Below are positions 12,265 through 24,656 of a stretch of DNA of 64,000 bases, in pieces. A model generated the notes under the pieces. The model did no database searches and was not told the DNA's origin. It saw only the letters and a list, made by a program, of their open reading frames with translations. The translations under genes were made by a program, and so were the position numbers. Position 1 is the stretch's first letter. Every line of letters starts with the position of its first letter. This stretch comes from Octopus sinensis (lineage: Eukaryota): assembly GCF_006345805.1 (NCBI RefSeq), contig NC_042999.1:153078001-153142000 (forward strand), given 5' to 3'.

Positions 12265-13012
12265 TGCTGTACATGCGCACTAAGTTTTAACGTTCTAGCT
12301 CACTTCCTCTGTTTACAGCAGTGCTTGGAAGGAAGGTGTGTAACGTGTGATCGTCGCATTGATCATGGCAGAAAACAAGTTGTTATAGCGATACCTGCTC
12401 AGAGGCCTATAGAGAGGAGTATATGAGTCACACACAAATGTACGAGTGGTTCAGACGAACGTTCTGAGAGACCCGCAACCAGCAGAACTGAGAAAGACAT
12501 CGCAGATGTGCGTGCAACTCTGAGGAGAAATCGTCGAATCACCATCCTTAAGTTATCAGAGGATGTGCAGATTAGTTTCGGTTCAGTTCAGTCCATTATC
12601 ACAGAAGATTTGGGTATGAGACGCGTATCTGTTAAATTTGTGCCAAATCTGCTTCAGCTAACCAAAGAGACATCCGGTTTCAGTTGCACAAGACCTCTTT
12701 GATTGTGTGGAGAACGATGACAACTTTTTGAAAACTTTGCGTAGGCCTCTGAGTAGGTTTCGCCATGCTTTTGGCAAAATTTGATGCAGATTCTCTGCTC
12801 GACTTTCTCTGCTTTGGTTAATGCCACGATCACACGCTACACACTTTCCTTCCAAGCACTGCTGTAAACAGCGGAAGTAAGCTAGAATGTTAAAACTTAG
12901 TGTGCATACACAGCAAAATTTAAGATGAATTTGTGCCGAGCGGTTTTAACTCCGTGTGCTTTAGCTTCGTTACCAGAGCAACAGTCCGGATACTTATTGA
13001 TCAGACAACGTA
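12265..13012. mobile_element. Rearranged mariner: two 5' halves in inverted orientation
   Basis: Plus part encodes the transposase HTH region (..RRITILKLSEDVQISFGSVQSIITEDLGMRRVSVKFVPNLL). Minus part 12740-13010 has a TIR (CGTTGTCTGATCAATAAGTATCCGGACTG) next to TA and encodes EQRICIKFCQKHGETYSEAY. Confidence 0.85.
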
Positions 13013-13313
13013 CATGTTACCGTCAGAAGAAAAGGTTTCTTGGAAATTTCCTAGTTGTACTTGTTTAGCGAGTGACCTGTGGTGATCGTGTGCACACACT
13101 GATCCAAACTAATCATGGAATACACTGATTCTATAACACACAGATCTGTTAAATTCGGTTTAAACAAAATATTGTTCCTCCGTTTCAATGGAGACTAAAA
13201 AAATATGGAGCGGTTATCTTTTCACGTTTATCCTTGAACTTGTTTCAATCATTAGACCGTGGTCATAGTGAAGCAACGCCCTGAATAATTTTTGACGGCC
13301 GATTGTTCGTCAC

Positions 13314-13377
13314 ACAGTTGCGTCGCGGCACAGTTGCGTCGTGGCACAGTTGAGTCGCGGCACAGTTGCACCGCGGC
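13314..13377. repeat. 4 x 16-bp tandem repeat (ACAGTTGCGTCGCGGC)
   Basis: Four adjacent units, each with 0-2 differences from the consensus. Confidence 0.85.
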
Positions 13378-13544
13378 ACACACTGGCACAGATGCTTCTG
13401 AATTTTAATGGAAATGCGTCAGTGACCAGGTCGCAGTGGTGTGACCAATAATTCAATAGTTTATGTAAAATATACAATCTTTAAATGAATTTAACTGCTC
13501 AGTGCTCAGCTTTCAAGAATGTAGTTTCATTCTACGCCAGGGAT

Positions 13545-13705
13545 TCAATGCGAGTTGGCAGAAACGTTTGCACGCCGAACAAATTGATTAAGCGCATTTC
13601 TTTTACTCTTTGCGTTCGGAGTTCAAATTCCGCCGAGGTCCAATTTTTCTTTTTATCTTTACGGAGTCGATAAAATGACTGACAGTCAAGTATTGGGATC
13701 GATAT
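13545..13705 (+). mobile_element. Degraded SINE-B
   Basis: GAGTTGGCAGAAACG...GAGTTCAAATTCCGCCGAGGTC. Further degraded copies at ~11270-11405 (-), ~24490-24600 (-), ~27520-27690 (-) and ~30885-30990 (+). Confidence 0.75.
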
Positions 13706-14087
13706 TTTCGATTTGCACACCAGACCTCCACTAATATATCAGGCTTTGCACCTATAGCAGCTATTATTCTGGAGAAGTAAATTGGGATACGCGATTTAAT
13801 TGATCTCTTCAGCTAACGACTTTCGAATGTCAATCTCTGTTTGTTTGGGATCAAGAGGTCACCAATAAACTTTAATGAGCCCAAAATATGGATGCTCGAA
13901 AGGAACTGACCATGCGCACTTATGTGAACATCAGTACTTGTGTACTTGTAGAAACGAAAAAAGAAAAAAAAGGAAAAACAGATTTTAGATCGAAGCACGG
14001 CATTGCAGGCATTTTCTGTCGTTTTTGGATGTTTGAATTATGTATTCTAATAAAGGTTTTCTTTTTCTCAATGCAGATTGCATGAGA

Positions 14088-14145
<58 letters not shown>

Positions 14146-14494
14146 AAGAAAATGAGTGATAAAGAAATAGAGAGGGAGAGGGGAATATGTGTGTGTGTGT
14201 GTGTGTGTGTATTGTATATGTGCATGGGCGGATATGTTACCTGTAGGTCTCTGTAAAATAAGTTGTTGTTGTTGCTGCTGTTGTTGTTGCTGTGTGTGTA
14301 CATATATGTATACATATATACATGCACACATGTATGAGTGTATGTATGCACTGGTGAGAAATATGACAGATGCAAGCATAAATACAGGCACACATACATA
14401 CGTACACGCATACATACATAATTGTGTGTGAGCGCGCGTGTGTGTGCATGTATGTATATATATATACATGTCTCTATGTGTGTGTGTATACACA

Positions 14495-14529
<35 letters not shown>

Positions 14530-16075
14530 AGTTTAACGCAGGTATAATTCAAGTACTTTTACTTCCGACACATGTTTCGAAGATTCCCCTGATATTATTT
14601 CTAAGGTATAAACGGTGTAAAATAATGTAATCTTCTCTTCAGGAAAGTGAGGAGATGAAACTCGTCAATAAGACATTTTAACAGAAAATGATGGATTAGT
14701 GATTTACTGAACGCTATTAATATTGTTTGAAAAAACGTTATATGATATAACGTCAGAGGTAGCCTGTAGAAAGAGGAGGGATATTTTTTTTAGTGAATGT
14801 TAAATATAGAAAGAAAATTAATGTCTAAATTATATATAATGATAGAGATTACTTATATGAACTAAAGGTGTGCTTTTGCCAATGTTTACATCGGTATGCA
14901 CGCTCTATAACCGTGTTTACTAGGGGATTTTTAGAAAAAATAATGAAAAATAGTTCAGAATTACAGAGGAGACAGAGTTCCTTGCTTTTGTCATAAGGTA
15001 TCGAGTTTGAGAGATTCAACCATTCGAAAATTAAATTGTTCATTGTGGTCTTTTAGATCCCAAATTAATTTGCCGAGCCCTGTACTGTTACGTTTATTCC
15101 TATCCCTAAATGTTGAGTAATGGATAGAAATTCTTTTAGATAACTGTAACGACGTGCTTCTAATGTAAAATCGTACTTTATTATGAGTACTTATTTTACA
15201 ATGGTAATAGAATTTTTAATTTTAGAGTTACTTGACATAAACTTAATTCTGTTGGAATTGCCTTCAGATACAATAATCTTGTTATCAATATTTCTAGAGG
15301 GATTGATGGCATTAACAAAATTAATGTTAGTATTAGTAAATGTATTAATATTTAAAAGGTTATTATGTGAAGAGATAATTTGTAAGAAATGTTTTGTGTT
15401 GGAAAAACCAATCCTAACCGTATGTGAATTGATAATAGAGTAATAACTAGAATTCTTTGAAAAATTCCTAATAATAGCTTAACGAAACTGCAAGGGGAGA
15501 TTAGATTTAATTTGTCTCCTGTATGGAAGAATGAACGAAATATTTTTACTACTATTTATATTATTTTTAGTGTAATTATTTTGAAAGCCTTACATTTACT
15601 TTTAGAATGATAATAGGGGATTAAATAAGGGTTATCTCCCTTACTTCGCTTTGTATTGGTGCATAAATTAAACTTGTTATCAATAATTCCATTACAACTA
15701 AATTGCATATCTACATTATTGAAGTTAGAATAAGATTGAATAGAATCAATGTAGAAAATTTTCTCTGTATAACCTGCTGTAAGTAAGGCAGAGTTATAAA
15801 ATACAGTGTTATCATTGAAAATGTCAACATTAGCAGGTAACTTAGATAATCTAAATGAAATATTCTTAACTAAGTTCCTAGTAATTGCCCTAGAATGATT
15901 ACTAAATTTGCTAATATACTTAAGATTGGTCAATGGTTAATGATATGGGAAGTAAGAGTTATTGTGTATATTAAGCATAATATCTAAAAAGTTGGGCTTC
16001 GTCATACCATCATCAAAAACGATGCTTAAGCCCATTCTACCATTTGGTTAGAAACATTGTTAACAAGGTAAAAAT
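14530..16075 (-). mobile_element. 5'-truncated, decayed Penelope-like retroelement (RT C-terminus, GIY-YIG, 3' HHR)
   Basis: Broken minus-strand frames: GLSIVF..NFLDIMLN..YISKFSNH..LVKNISFRL (RT end); HTVRIGFS..QIISSHN; YHCKI..FYIRSTS..KRISIHYSTF..NSTGLGKLIWDLKD (GIY-YIG); CLLCNSELF..CKH (C-terminal Cys motif). Stops and frameshifts present. Confidence 0.85.
14561..14648 (-). ncRNA. Canonical type-I hammerhead ribozyme with long stem II
   Basis: ACTTTC-CTGAAGA-GAAGATT...AATCTTC-GAAAC-ATGT-GTC-GGAAGT: 6-bp stem I (one G-U), intact core, 7-bp stem II plus inner ATTATTT/AAATAAT helix, GUC cleavage triplet. Confidence 0.8.
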
Positions 16076-16079
16076 ACAT

Positions 16080-16141
<62 letters not shown>

Positions 16142-16144
<3 letters not shown>

Positions 16145-16512
16145 CACATGAGTGGCTGTGTGGTAAGTAGCTTGCTTACCAACTACATGGTTTCTGGTTC
16201 AGTCCCACTACGTGGCACCTTGAGCAAGTGTTTTCTACTATAGCTTCGGGCCGACCAAAGTCTTATGAGTGGATTTGGTAGACAGAAACTGAAAGAAGCC
16301 CGTCGTATGTATATATGTATGTGTGTGCGTGTGTATATGTTTGTGTGTCAGTGTTTGTCCCCCAACATCGCTTGACAACCGATGCCTGTGTGTTTACGTA
16401 GCCGTAACTTAGCGGTTCGGCAAATAAGAACGATAGAATAAGTACTAGGCTTACAAAGAACAAAGGCGGTACTCCAGCATGGCCGCAGTCAAGTAATTGA
16501 AACAAGTAAAAG
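16142..16512 (+). mobile_element. Near full-length SINE-A (tRNA head, CORE-like CCTTG-GCAAGT, internal microsatellite)
   Basis: GAGTGGCTGTGTGGTAAG...GGTTCAGTCCC...CTCCAGCATGGCCGCAGTC...AAACAAGTAAAAGA. The most abundant family in the window. Confidence 0.85.
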
Positions 16513-16514
16513 AG

Positions 16515-16558
<44 letters not shown>

Positions 16559-16744
16559 CGTGTGTGTGTGTGTTGAAAAAAATATCATACCCGAAAAAAA
16601 CAGCAAAAATAAAACAAAACCAAAAATTGGAAAGTAATATAAAAAATCAAACAAAAATAATAAAATGAATAAATATCAAAGAAAAGCATTCGAAGAATGA
16701 TGAAGAATTGGTTGTTGAATTGGTGCTATTGAGAATGAATTCAC

Positions 16745-16880
16745 TCCTCTTCCGTAGGTTTGAAACAGAAATTTTATTAGATCGGAGAGTCAAAATGGCG
16801 GACTTGATTAAGTAATTGTGTTCCGTTGACTCCTCGCTTTTATGTTACGTTTACACACCTTTTGCGCTCCGCTTCCGTCT
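16745..16880. promoter_or_regulatory. Candidate promoter or first exon (YY1-like and ETS-like motifs)
   Basis: AAAATGGCGG at 16792-16801 and CTTCCG at 16749 and 16872. ATG GCG GAC TTG ATT AA is followed by a possible donor GTAATT. No downstream exon found. Confidence 0.3.
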
Positions 16881-17810
16881 CTCTCTCTCTCTCTCTCCCT
16901 TTCTCTTTCTCAATCTGTGTATGTACATATATATGTGTGTGTGTATGTACGTATGTAGTATGTACGTTTGTATGTATGTATGCTTGCATGCATGTATTTA
17001 TGTATGATATATATGTATGTATAATATATATGTATGCATACACACACACACACACACACACATACCCATTCATACAAAGAGAAGGACTTGAAACATGTTG
17101 TTTTCAACTGCTAACTTTCATATTCATACAGTTTGGCTTCTCTCTGATTCTGTCCTTCATTCTTCCTCTCTAACTTTAACGAATCTCTCCGTTCTCCCCC
17201 AATGTGTCCCTCTATCCCTCCAGGTACACACACGCGCGCACACAGGTACGCACACAAATGTACGAACTCACTTCTCTCCCTCCCCTACTCTTACTTTATC
17301 CACTCTCTACTTTTCCCTCGCTATCACTCACTCACGGAAATACAAACACGTTACCACATGCAAACATACATACATTTACTTATGTATACACATACATAAA
17401 TACATACATGCATACATACATACGTACATGCAAACATACATACATTCATACATACATACATACATACATGCATATATATATATATATATAGATATATATA
17501 TATATATACATACATACATTCACACATACATACACACACATACGTACATACATACATTCACATATCATACAAACATACATACATGCATACATGCACACAT
17601 ACATACATTCACACATGTATACACACACATACATACATGCACAGATACATACATTCACACATTCACACATACATGGACACACACACATTCATACGTACAT
17701 GCATTCACACATTCACATATACAAACTTGCACAAATAGACATATACATACATACATTCACACATTCATACGCACATACATACATAAATACACACGCACAT
17801 ACACGTATAC

Positions 17811-17841
<31 letters not shown>

Positions 17842-18594
17842 CATACATACATACATACATACATACATACATAAATACACACATACTTACATATAAATGT
17901 ACTGAGAGAGAGAGAAAGAGTAAGATAGAGAGAGAGGAAGAGTGAGAAGGAGAGAGAGAGAGCGAGAGAGGATATGTTTTTTCCTGACATTTGTCTAAGC
18001 AGTAAATTGTACGCAAGTCGATTTCTAAAATGCACAATCAGGAAAAAGAGAAAAAAAATGTTTTCAAAAATTCTTTTATTTATGTTAATGATATTTATAT
18101 AAAAAAATTAAACAAAACAGAGAGAAAAGTGCATGTGTGTATAGAAATGGAACGTCTGTGAGAATGCACGCACTTTGCATGTACTTGTTTGCATGCACAC
18201 ATACATACATATATACATACATGCATGCATACGTATATGCATGCATACATACATACATACATGCATACATACATGCATGCATGCATACATGCATGCATGC
18301 ATACATACTTACATACATACATACATGCATGCATTACATGCATGCATACATACATGCATACATACATGCATACATACATGCATGCATACATATATGCATG
18401 CATGCATGAATGCACATATGTACATATATATATATGTAATTACATATATATGTATGTATATATATGTATATATGCTTATATATATACATATAGAAGTAGG
18501 TATGTACATATATGTATATATGCATATGTTTATATATATATATAATATATATATATGTATATATACACAGATATATATAAATTAAATAACTATA

Positions 18595-18654
<60 letters not shown>

Positions 18655-18913
18655 GTGTGAGTGTATAACATGTCTGTGTGCATGCGTGTTCGGTTGGGGG
18701 GGTTGTATGGACTTTTCTGGCACAAAGCATTCACCATTCTATGTATTTCCAGTCGTTCATTATTCTGGTAATGAAGTAAATGGAAGGGTTTTAAATTCAC
18801 AGCTTATTCAGTTGCAATCCAGAAGCACTTAGTTAACCATTATTGCAAGAGAACAATCTTTTTTTATTTTAATTTTTTCCCCCCTTGTATTTATTTATTT
18901 ATTCATTCATTTG

Positions 18914-18963
<50 letters not shown>

Positions 18964-19327
18964 CGTTATTCGTTTCACTAAAAACAAGCCAAATAAATAA
19001 ACATTTTTAATATAAATCTACAACAAATACAGAAAAAGAGACAAAAACTAAAAACCGACAGAATATATAAAAATATACACTCAGCCGACTTCAAGCAACA
19101 ACAACAGCAACAACAACAACAACAACAACAACGACAACAGCAATGCCAACAAGAGCAACGTAAAACCGTAGTGAAACAATGCTTTTCACTCGCCATATTG
19201 TGAAAGAAATTACATAATTTCATAGTGCGAAAGAGATTATGAGAGATGTTTAACTAATGACATTCTCCTGTTTAATTGTATTTAATTCAATTTAATTTCG
19301 TTTGTTTGTTTGTTTATTGCATTGCCA

Positions 19328-19450
19328 TTTTCTTCTTCTTCTTCTTCTTCTTCTTCTTCTTCTTCTTCTTCTTCTTCTTCTTCTTCTTCTTCTTCTTCTT
19401 CTTCTTCTTCTTTTCTTCTTCTTCTTGTATTGTTGCTGTTGTTATTATTA

Positions 19451-19485
<35 letters not shown>

Positions 19486-19513
19486 TCTGATACTTATTGT
19501 ACTGCTGCTACTG

Positions 19514-19546
<33 letters not shown>

Positions 19547-19580
19547 TTACTACTACTACTACTACTACTACTGTTGCTGC

Positions 19581-19616
<36 letters not shown>

Positions 19617-19735
19617 CATTATCGTCGTCGTCGTCATCATCATCTTCATCATCATCATCGTCGTCATCATGATCATCATAATCATCATCATGATCATCAT
19701 GATCATCATGATCATGATCATCATCATCATCATTA
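19328..19735. repeat. Compound trinucleotide array (TTC)-(ATT)-(ACT)-(ATT)-(CGT)-(CAT)
   Basis: Directly visible. Confidence 0.95.
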
Positions 19736-20214
19736 TCCTAATTCCCTTGATATTATGTTATTGTTGTTATTTTGTTTGTCTTCTCGTCAATGAAGATGCA
19801 AAAAAAGTTTTTTGTTAAAAATGTATTTAAATATATAAAAAAAAATATAATTTTCATTTCTTTATTCAACTCTATTTTATTGTTTTCAATGGTTGTTGTT
19901 TTGTTGTTTTGTTTACATAATTGGAAGACCATTATTTATGTGTATTCTTTGTGGGTTCTTTAATTTTGTTTATTATTCGCTTAATATATATGTTTATATT
20001 CGTTAAACATTTTATTTCCTTCCTTCCTTGCTTTCTTTCTTTCTTTGATTATTTTTTTTGTTTCTATCTTTCTTGTTGTTTTTGTTTTCTTTATTATTGC
20101 ACTTTTACATCTTTCGCTCTCCATCTGCAAATAAACGACCTGTTATAAGATATATATATATATATATATAATATATATACATATATATATATATATACAT
20201 ATATATATACACAG

Positions 20215-20255
<41 letters not shown>

Positions 20256-20623
20256 CATATATACATATATACATATATACACATACACACACACATATAT
20301 ATATATACATATATACATATATACATATATACACATACACATATATATGTATACATTAGATGTATATATATGTATATATGTGTATATATATATGTATATA
20401 GGTATATATATGTATATACTTAACTACATATATATTCGTCCACACAGACATATATATATATATATACGCACATATATATACATACAAAAAAATATCTATA
20501 CATATGCACACACATATATATATACACATATACATATATATACGCATATATATATATATATATATGTCTGCTCATATATATATATACATGCATATATGCG
20601 TGGATGGGCGCGTGTGTGTATGA

Positions 20624-20659
<36 letters not shown>

Positions 20660-20946
20660 GTGCCTATGTAGTCATAGGAATGAAGTGGAGTTCACTATAA
20701 TATAGATAATTACACATTCATTTTAGTATTTGGCTCTTTTCCCTTGTTTATTTTTTTGCCTCTGATGTAACGTAACGGTGGGAGATAAATAGATGTGAAG
20801 ACAGATACGTGTGCTATATAGGTATACAAATTTATGTGAATATACGTATATATTCCTACATCGAAACATAAACATACATACACACACAAGTGCATATACA
20901 TACGTATATCTATATACATATATATATATATACATACATACATACA

Positions 20947-20982
<36 letters not shown>

Positions 20983-21240
20983 TATATATACATTGATGTC
21001 TGTATATATATATATAATATATATATGTATATATATATATGTATATATACTCACATATATATACACACACAAATGCACAGTTTTATATATGCATGTGTAA
21101 ATATATATGCACATGCACAAACATGCCTCCTTTGTCTCAATATATGTACATAAGAATATATTTATATATACAGATATATAAAGACGCATATATATATAGA
21201 TATATACTTAAACATGTATATATATTTATACATGTGTTTG

Positions 21241-21272
<32 letters not shown>

Positions 21273-21491
21273 TATATACATATATATACTTATACATATA
21301 TATATGTATATATGTGTTTGTATATATATATATAGAGAGAGATAGATATAGATATACGTATATATACATGTATATACATATTTATATACATCTCTATATA
21401 TGTGTGTATGTGTGCATAAACCAATCCTCCAGTTATGTTGTAATGATCTTTTTCATCTTAAGTGATCTGTTGGCACATGTGTGTACTTACG

Positions 21492-21557
<66 letters not shown>

Positions 21558-22001
21558 CATACATAATATTATATAATGCCTACATATATACATACACACA
21601 CGCACACACACATATGTATATATATATATATACATGTCTAATCGATATCATCGCAACGCGGTGTGAATTTTAATCGATGACCTTTAACCGATATCATCTA
21701 GGTAATTAAAGCAATTTCTACAAAACAATATTTTTATTAGAAGCAGAGAACATTTGAATTGCGATTGTTAGATCTACTGACTTCATAATATTGTTGTTTT
21801 GATGGGAAACTTTTATAAATTTTTCTATATTTCACTGTTGCTTTGATTATTGTTCGTGGTATTGTCAGAGCGGTGAGCTGGCAAATCCGATAGAATGACG
21901 AAGACAAAGAACGGCTGCAAATAAGTAAAAAGTGTCTACATTCACACACACGCACACACACACACATACACACACACACACTCACACACACACACACACA
22001 T

Positions 22002-22044
<43 letters not shown>

Positions 22045-22150
22045 CACACACACACATACACACACACACACACACATACACACACACATACACACACACA
22101 CACATACACACACACACACACACACATGTACACACACACACACATACACA

Positions 22151-22201
<51 letters not shown>

Positions 22202-22425
22202 CACGCACACACACGTACACGCAAACGCTCTCTCCCTCTCTCTCTCATATTTTCACATATTTCCAGAGACATTCACACTCATGGACGTAGTTTACCTTTT
22301 CAGATATGCATCATGTCTCCATATGCATGAATATACATCACTCTCTCCCTTTCTCTCTCTCTTTCTCTCTCTCTCTCCCCCTCTCTCTCTCAGAAACACA
22401 CGGTCTATTATATATATATATAATG

Positions 22426-22467
<42 letters not shown>

Positions 22468-22495
22468 CATAATAATAATCATAATAATAATAATC

Positions 22496-22542
<47 letters not shown>

Positions 22543-22543
22543 C

Positions 22544-22600
<57 letters not shown>

Positions 22601-22603
<3 letters not shown>

Positions 22604-22805
22604 GACAAATACATAACAAAAACACCAGGACTTACAAACACATATAACATACAGAAAATTGCACTACTAGGCACTGCACACATCCTACGCAGAGCACTTT
22701 CCATACAATAACCATCAGAGCATCACAACAAATCACAGCACATACCCAAGGCACATAGCGCTGCGCTCGGTAGTGTAGTGAAAGCACGATATAAAAATAA
22801 AACTA

Positions 22806-22810
<5 letters not shown>
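22601..22810 (+). mobile_element. R4/Dong-like LINE 3' fragment inside a (TAA)n array
   Basis: 22601-22711 encodes IDKYITKTPGLTNTYNIQKIALLGTAHILRRALSIQ*, matching the R4-clade REL endonuclease C-terminus. (TAA)n lies on both sides (22433-22602, 22809-22880). Confidence 0.8.
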
Positions 22811-22880
<70 letters not shown>

Positions 22881-22883
<3 letters not shown>

Positions 22884-23030
22884 ACCTCGATATTAGATAA
22901 ATAGAGGATTATTTATATATGTAATAATTTAGAACAAACAGTTAAAGGTTGTCATTACAGTACTCGGAGTTTCGAACGTCGGAGCGAAGAGCTACGATAC
23001 ATTCTCGTCGGATATTAATGGCAACATACG
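22881..23030 (-). mobile_element. HHR-bearing PLE terminal fragment, family C, copy 1
   Basis: Shares GAGACCTCGATATTA..TAAATAGAGGA with 40085. Minus strand reads CCGACGA-GAATGT...ACGTTC-GAAAC-TCCGA-GT-A with imperfect stem I (CATTA/TAATG). Confidence 0.65.
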
Positions 23031-23099
23031 CTATGAAAAACCGTTAAATAAAATGTAAGTAACTCTAATAGGTAGAAAAAGAAAGACGATAAAAAATGC

Positions 23100-23545
23100 A
23101 TGCAACCATATTCTCAGAATACATAGACACACCCCTTTACTCCCTCCGAAGTCATTTTTAATATAGGAAAATGTTTTTTGTTACTTATAGATAGACATTT
23201 TCCAATACCTCACAAATATAGAAAACTCTTTGATAGGCATAACCTAAAAAATTTGTTTTAGTTCCACCTCAAACTTTAAAAGCATAATTGCACACAATGT
23301 ATCACCACAATAAGCCGGCTGTTCCTGCAGGGATAAAGACTTGTGCCCACTAAATGGAACCTGTATGACTGAGGCCATTATTTACGAAGTCCCCATAAAT
23401 TCCACGAACTCTAATAATACAATTCCATCCAAGAGGTATGTGGGTTTCACAGAGGGAATTTCAAAGCAAGATTCAACAATCACACCTTAAGCTTCAGACA
23501 CTAGAATAAACGAAAATCTACCAAATTATCCAGTTATATATTACA
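23100..23545 (+). pseudogene. Decayed Penelope-like ORF fragment (linker plus GIY-YIG)
   Basis: NIGKCFLLLIDRHFP..KLFDRHNL; GCSCRDKDLCPLNGTCMTEAIIYEV..RYVGFTEG; FKARFNNHTLSF..KSTKLSSYI. Frameshifted. Confidence 0.85.
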
Positions 23546-23615
23546 GACCAATATCCTGCCTCCCGTTAATGTAGAAGCTACGTACGTATATATATATATA
23601 TATATATATATATGT

Positions 23616-23910
23616 TTGAAGTGGGAAATACGAAGGTTGTGGTGAATGAAGAAAGTAGATATGATACCAATAGCAATTGGTGCACTTGGAAGAATCAGCA
23701 CTCAACTATCAACATGGCTAAAAAAGATCGGTGCAAGTGTGAATGTAAAACACCTACAAAAATCAGCATTGCTTGGAACTGTAAGAATTTTTCGTAGTGG
23801 TCTTGAAGCATGACTAGTAAACAAGTGTTACCTTAGTCTGCTGGCTGTGGGCAGCAAACACTTTCCATCATGCCTAGCAAAATAAGCTGAGTTTTCAAAT
23901 AATAATAATA
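23616..23910 (+). mobile_element. Second R4/Dong-like LINE 3' fragment
   Basis: 23616-23813 encodes LKWEIRRLW*MKKVDMIPIAIGALG..HLQKSALLGTVRIFR, followed by a UTR and a short (TAA)n tail. Confidence 0.8.
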
Positions 23911-24134
23911 AAAGGCTCATGTACTGAGAAGAGTATTATCGCTGTGTAAACAACATCCATCCATGAATTTATTTATTTATTAATTTTTAAATACATATTT
24001 TACCAGTGAATTTGCGTGTGTAATCTGGGAATGCATACAATGAGCTTTTCTGCCCTAGGTGTACGGAAAACACTCGGCGAGAAACGGAAGAAAATTTGAA
24101 GAAAGAAGGAATAATAATAATAATAATAATAATA

Positions 24135-24184
<50 letters not shown>

Positions 24185-24212
24185 TCGAAAAATACCTTAG
24201 GATTTCCCCAAG

Positions 24213-24256
24213 ACACCTGATGAAGGCTGCAGGGTATATCAGCCGAAACGTTGTGT
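24213..24256 (+). ncRNA. Minimal type-I hammerhead ribozyme, canonical core
   Basis: ACAC-CTGATGA-A-GGCTG(CAGGGTATAT)CAGCC-GAAACGT-T-GTGT, within a short element (~24181-24310) that follows (TAA)n. Confidence 0.8.
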
Positions 24257-24656
24257 TAACAGCAAACAAGATGAGGATAATATCCGTCAAATGTAAATAA
24301 TGTAAATATAGAAATGGGTGTTTTGTTCATCATCTTTAAACAAGCTTAATTCAGGGATCTTTTGAGTGAGATAGGATACTCAACCTGAAGAAAATTCTAA
24401 CTTAGCCTCACCTGCAAGGTCATGCGCTGCTCTCTCACTCAACATTAATAATAATAATAATGATAGCTTCTAACATACGCAAAAGGCAAACAAGGGCTAA
24501 AATTTGAAGGAGATGCTTTGTCAAATGCAGTCACTCTAAACACTCGACTGGTACTTTATTTCTACAGAAAGATGTAAGTGAATATCCTCTCAACAAGAGG
24601 TAAATAAGGAATGTAGCGAACCGTTAAGCATGACTGTTACTCTTGGAACGAAACTA

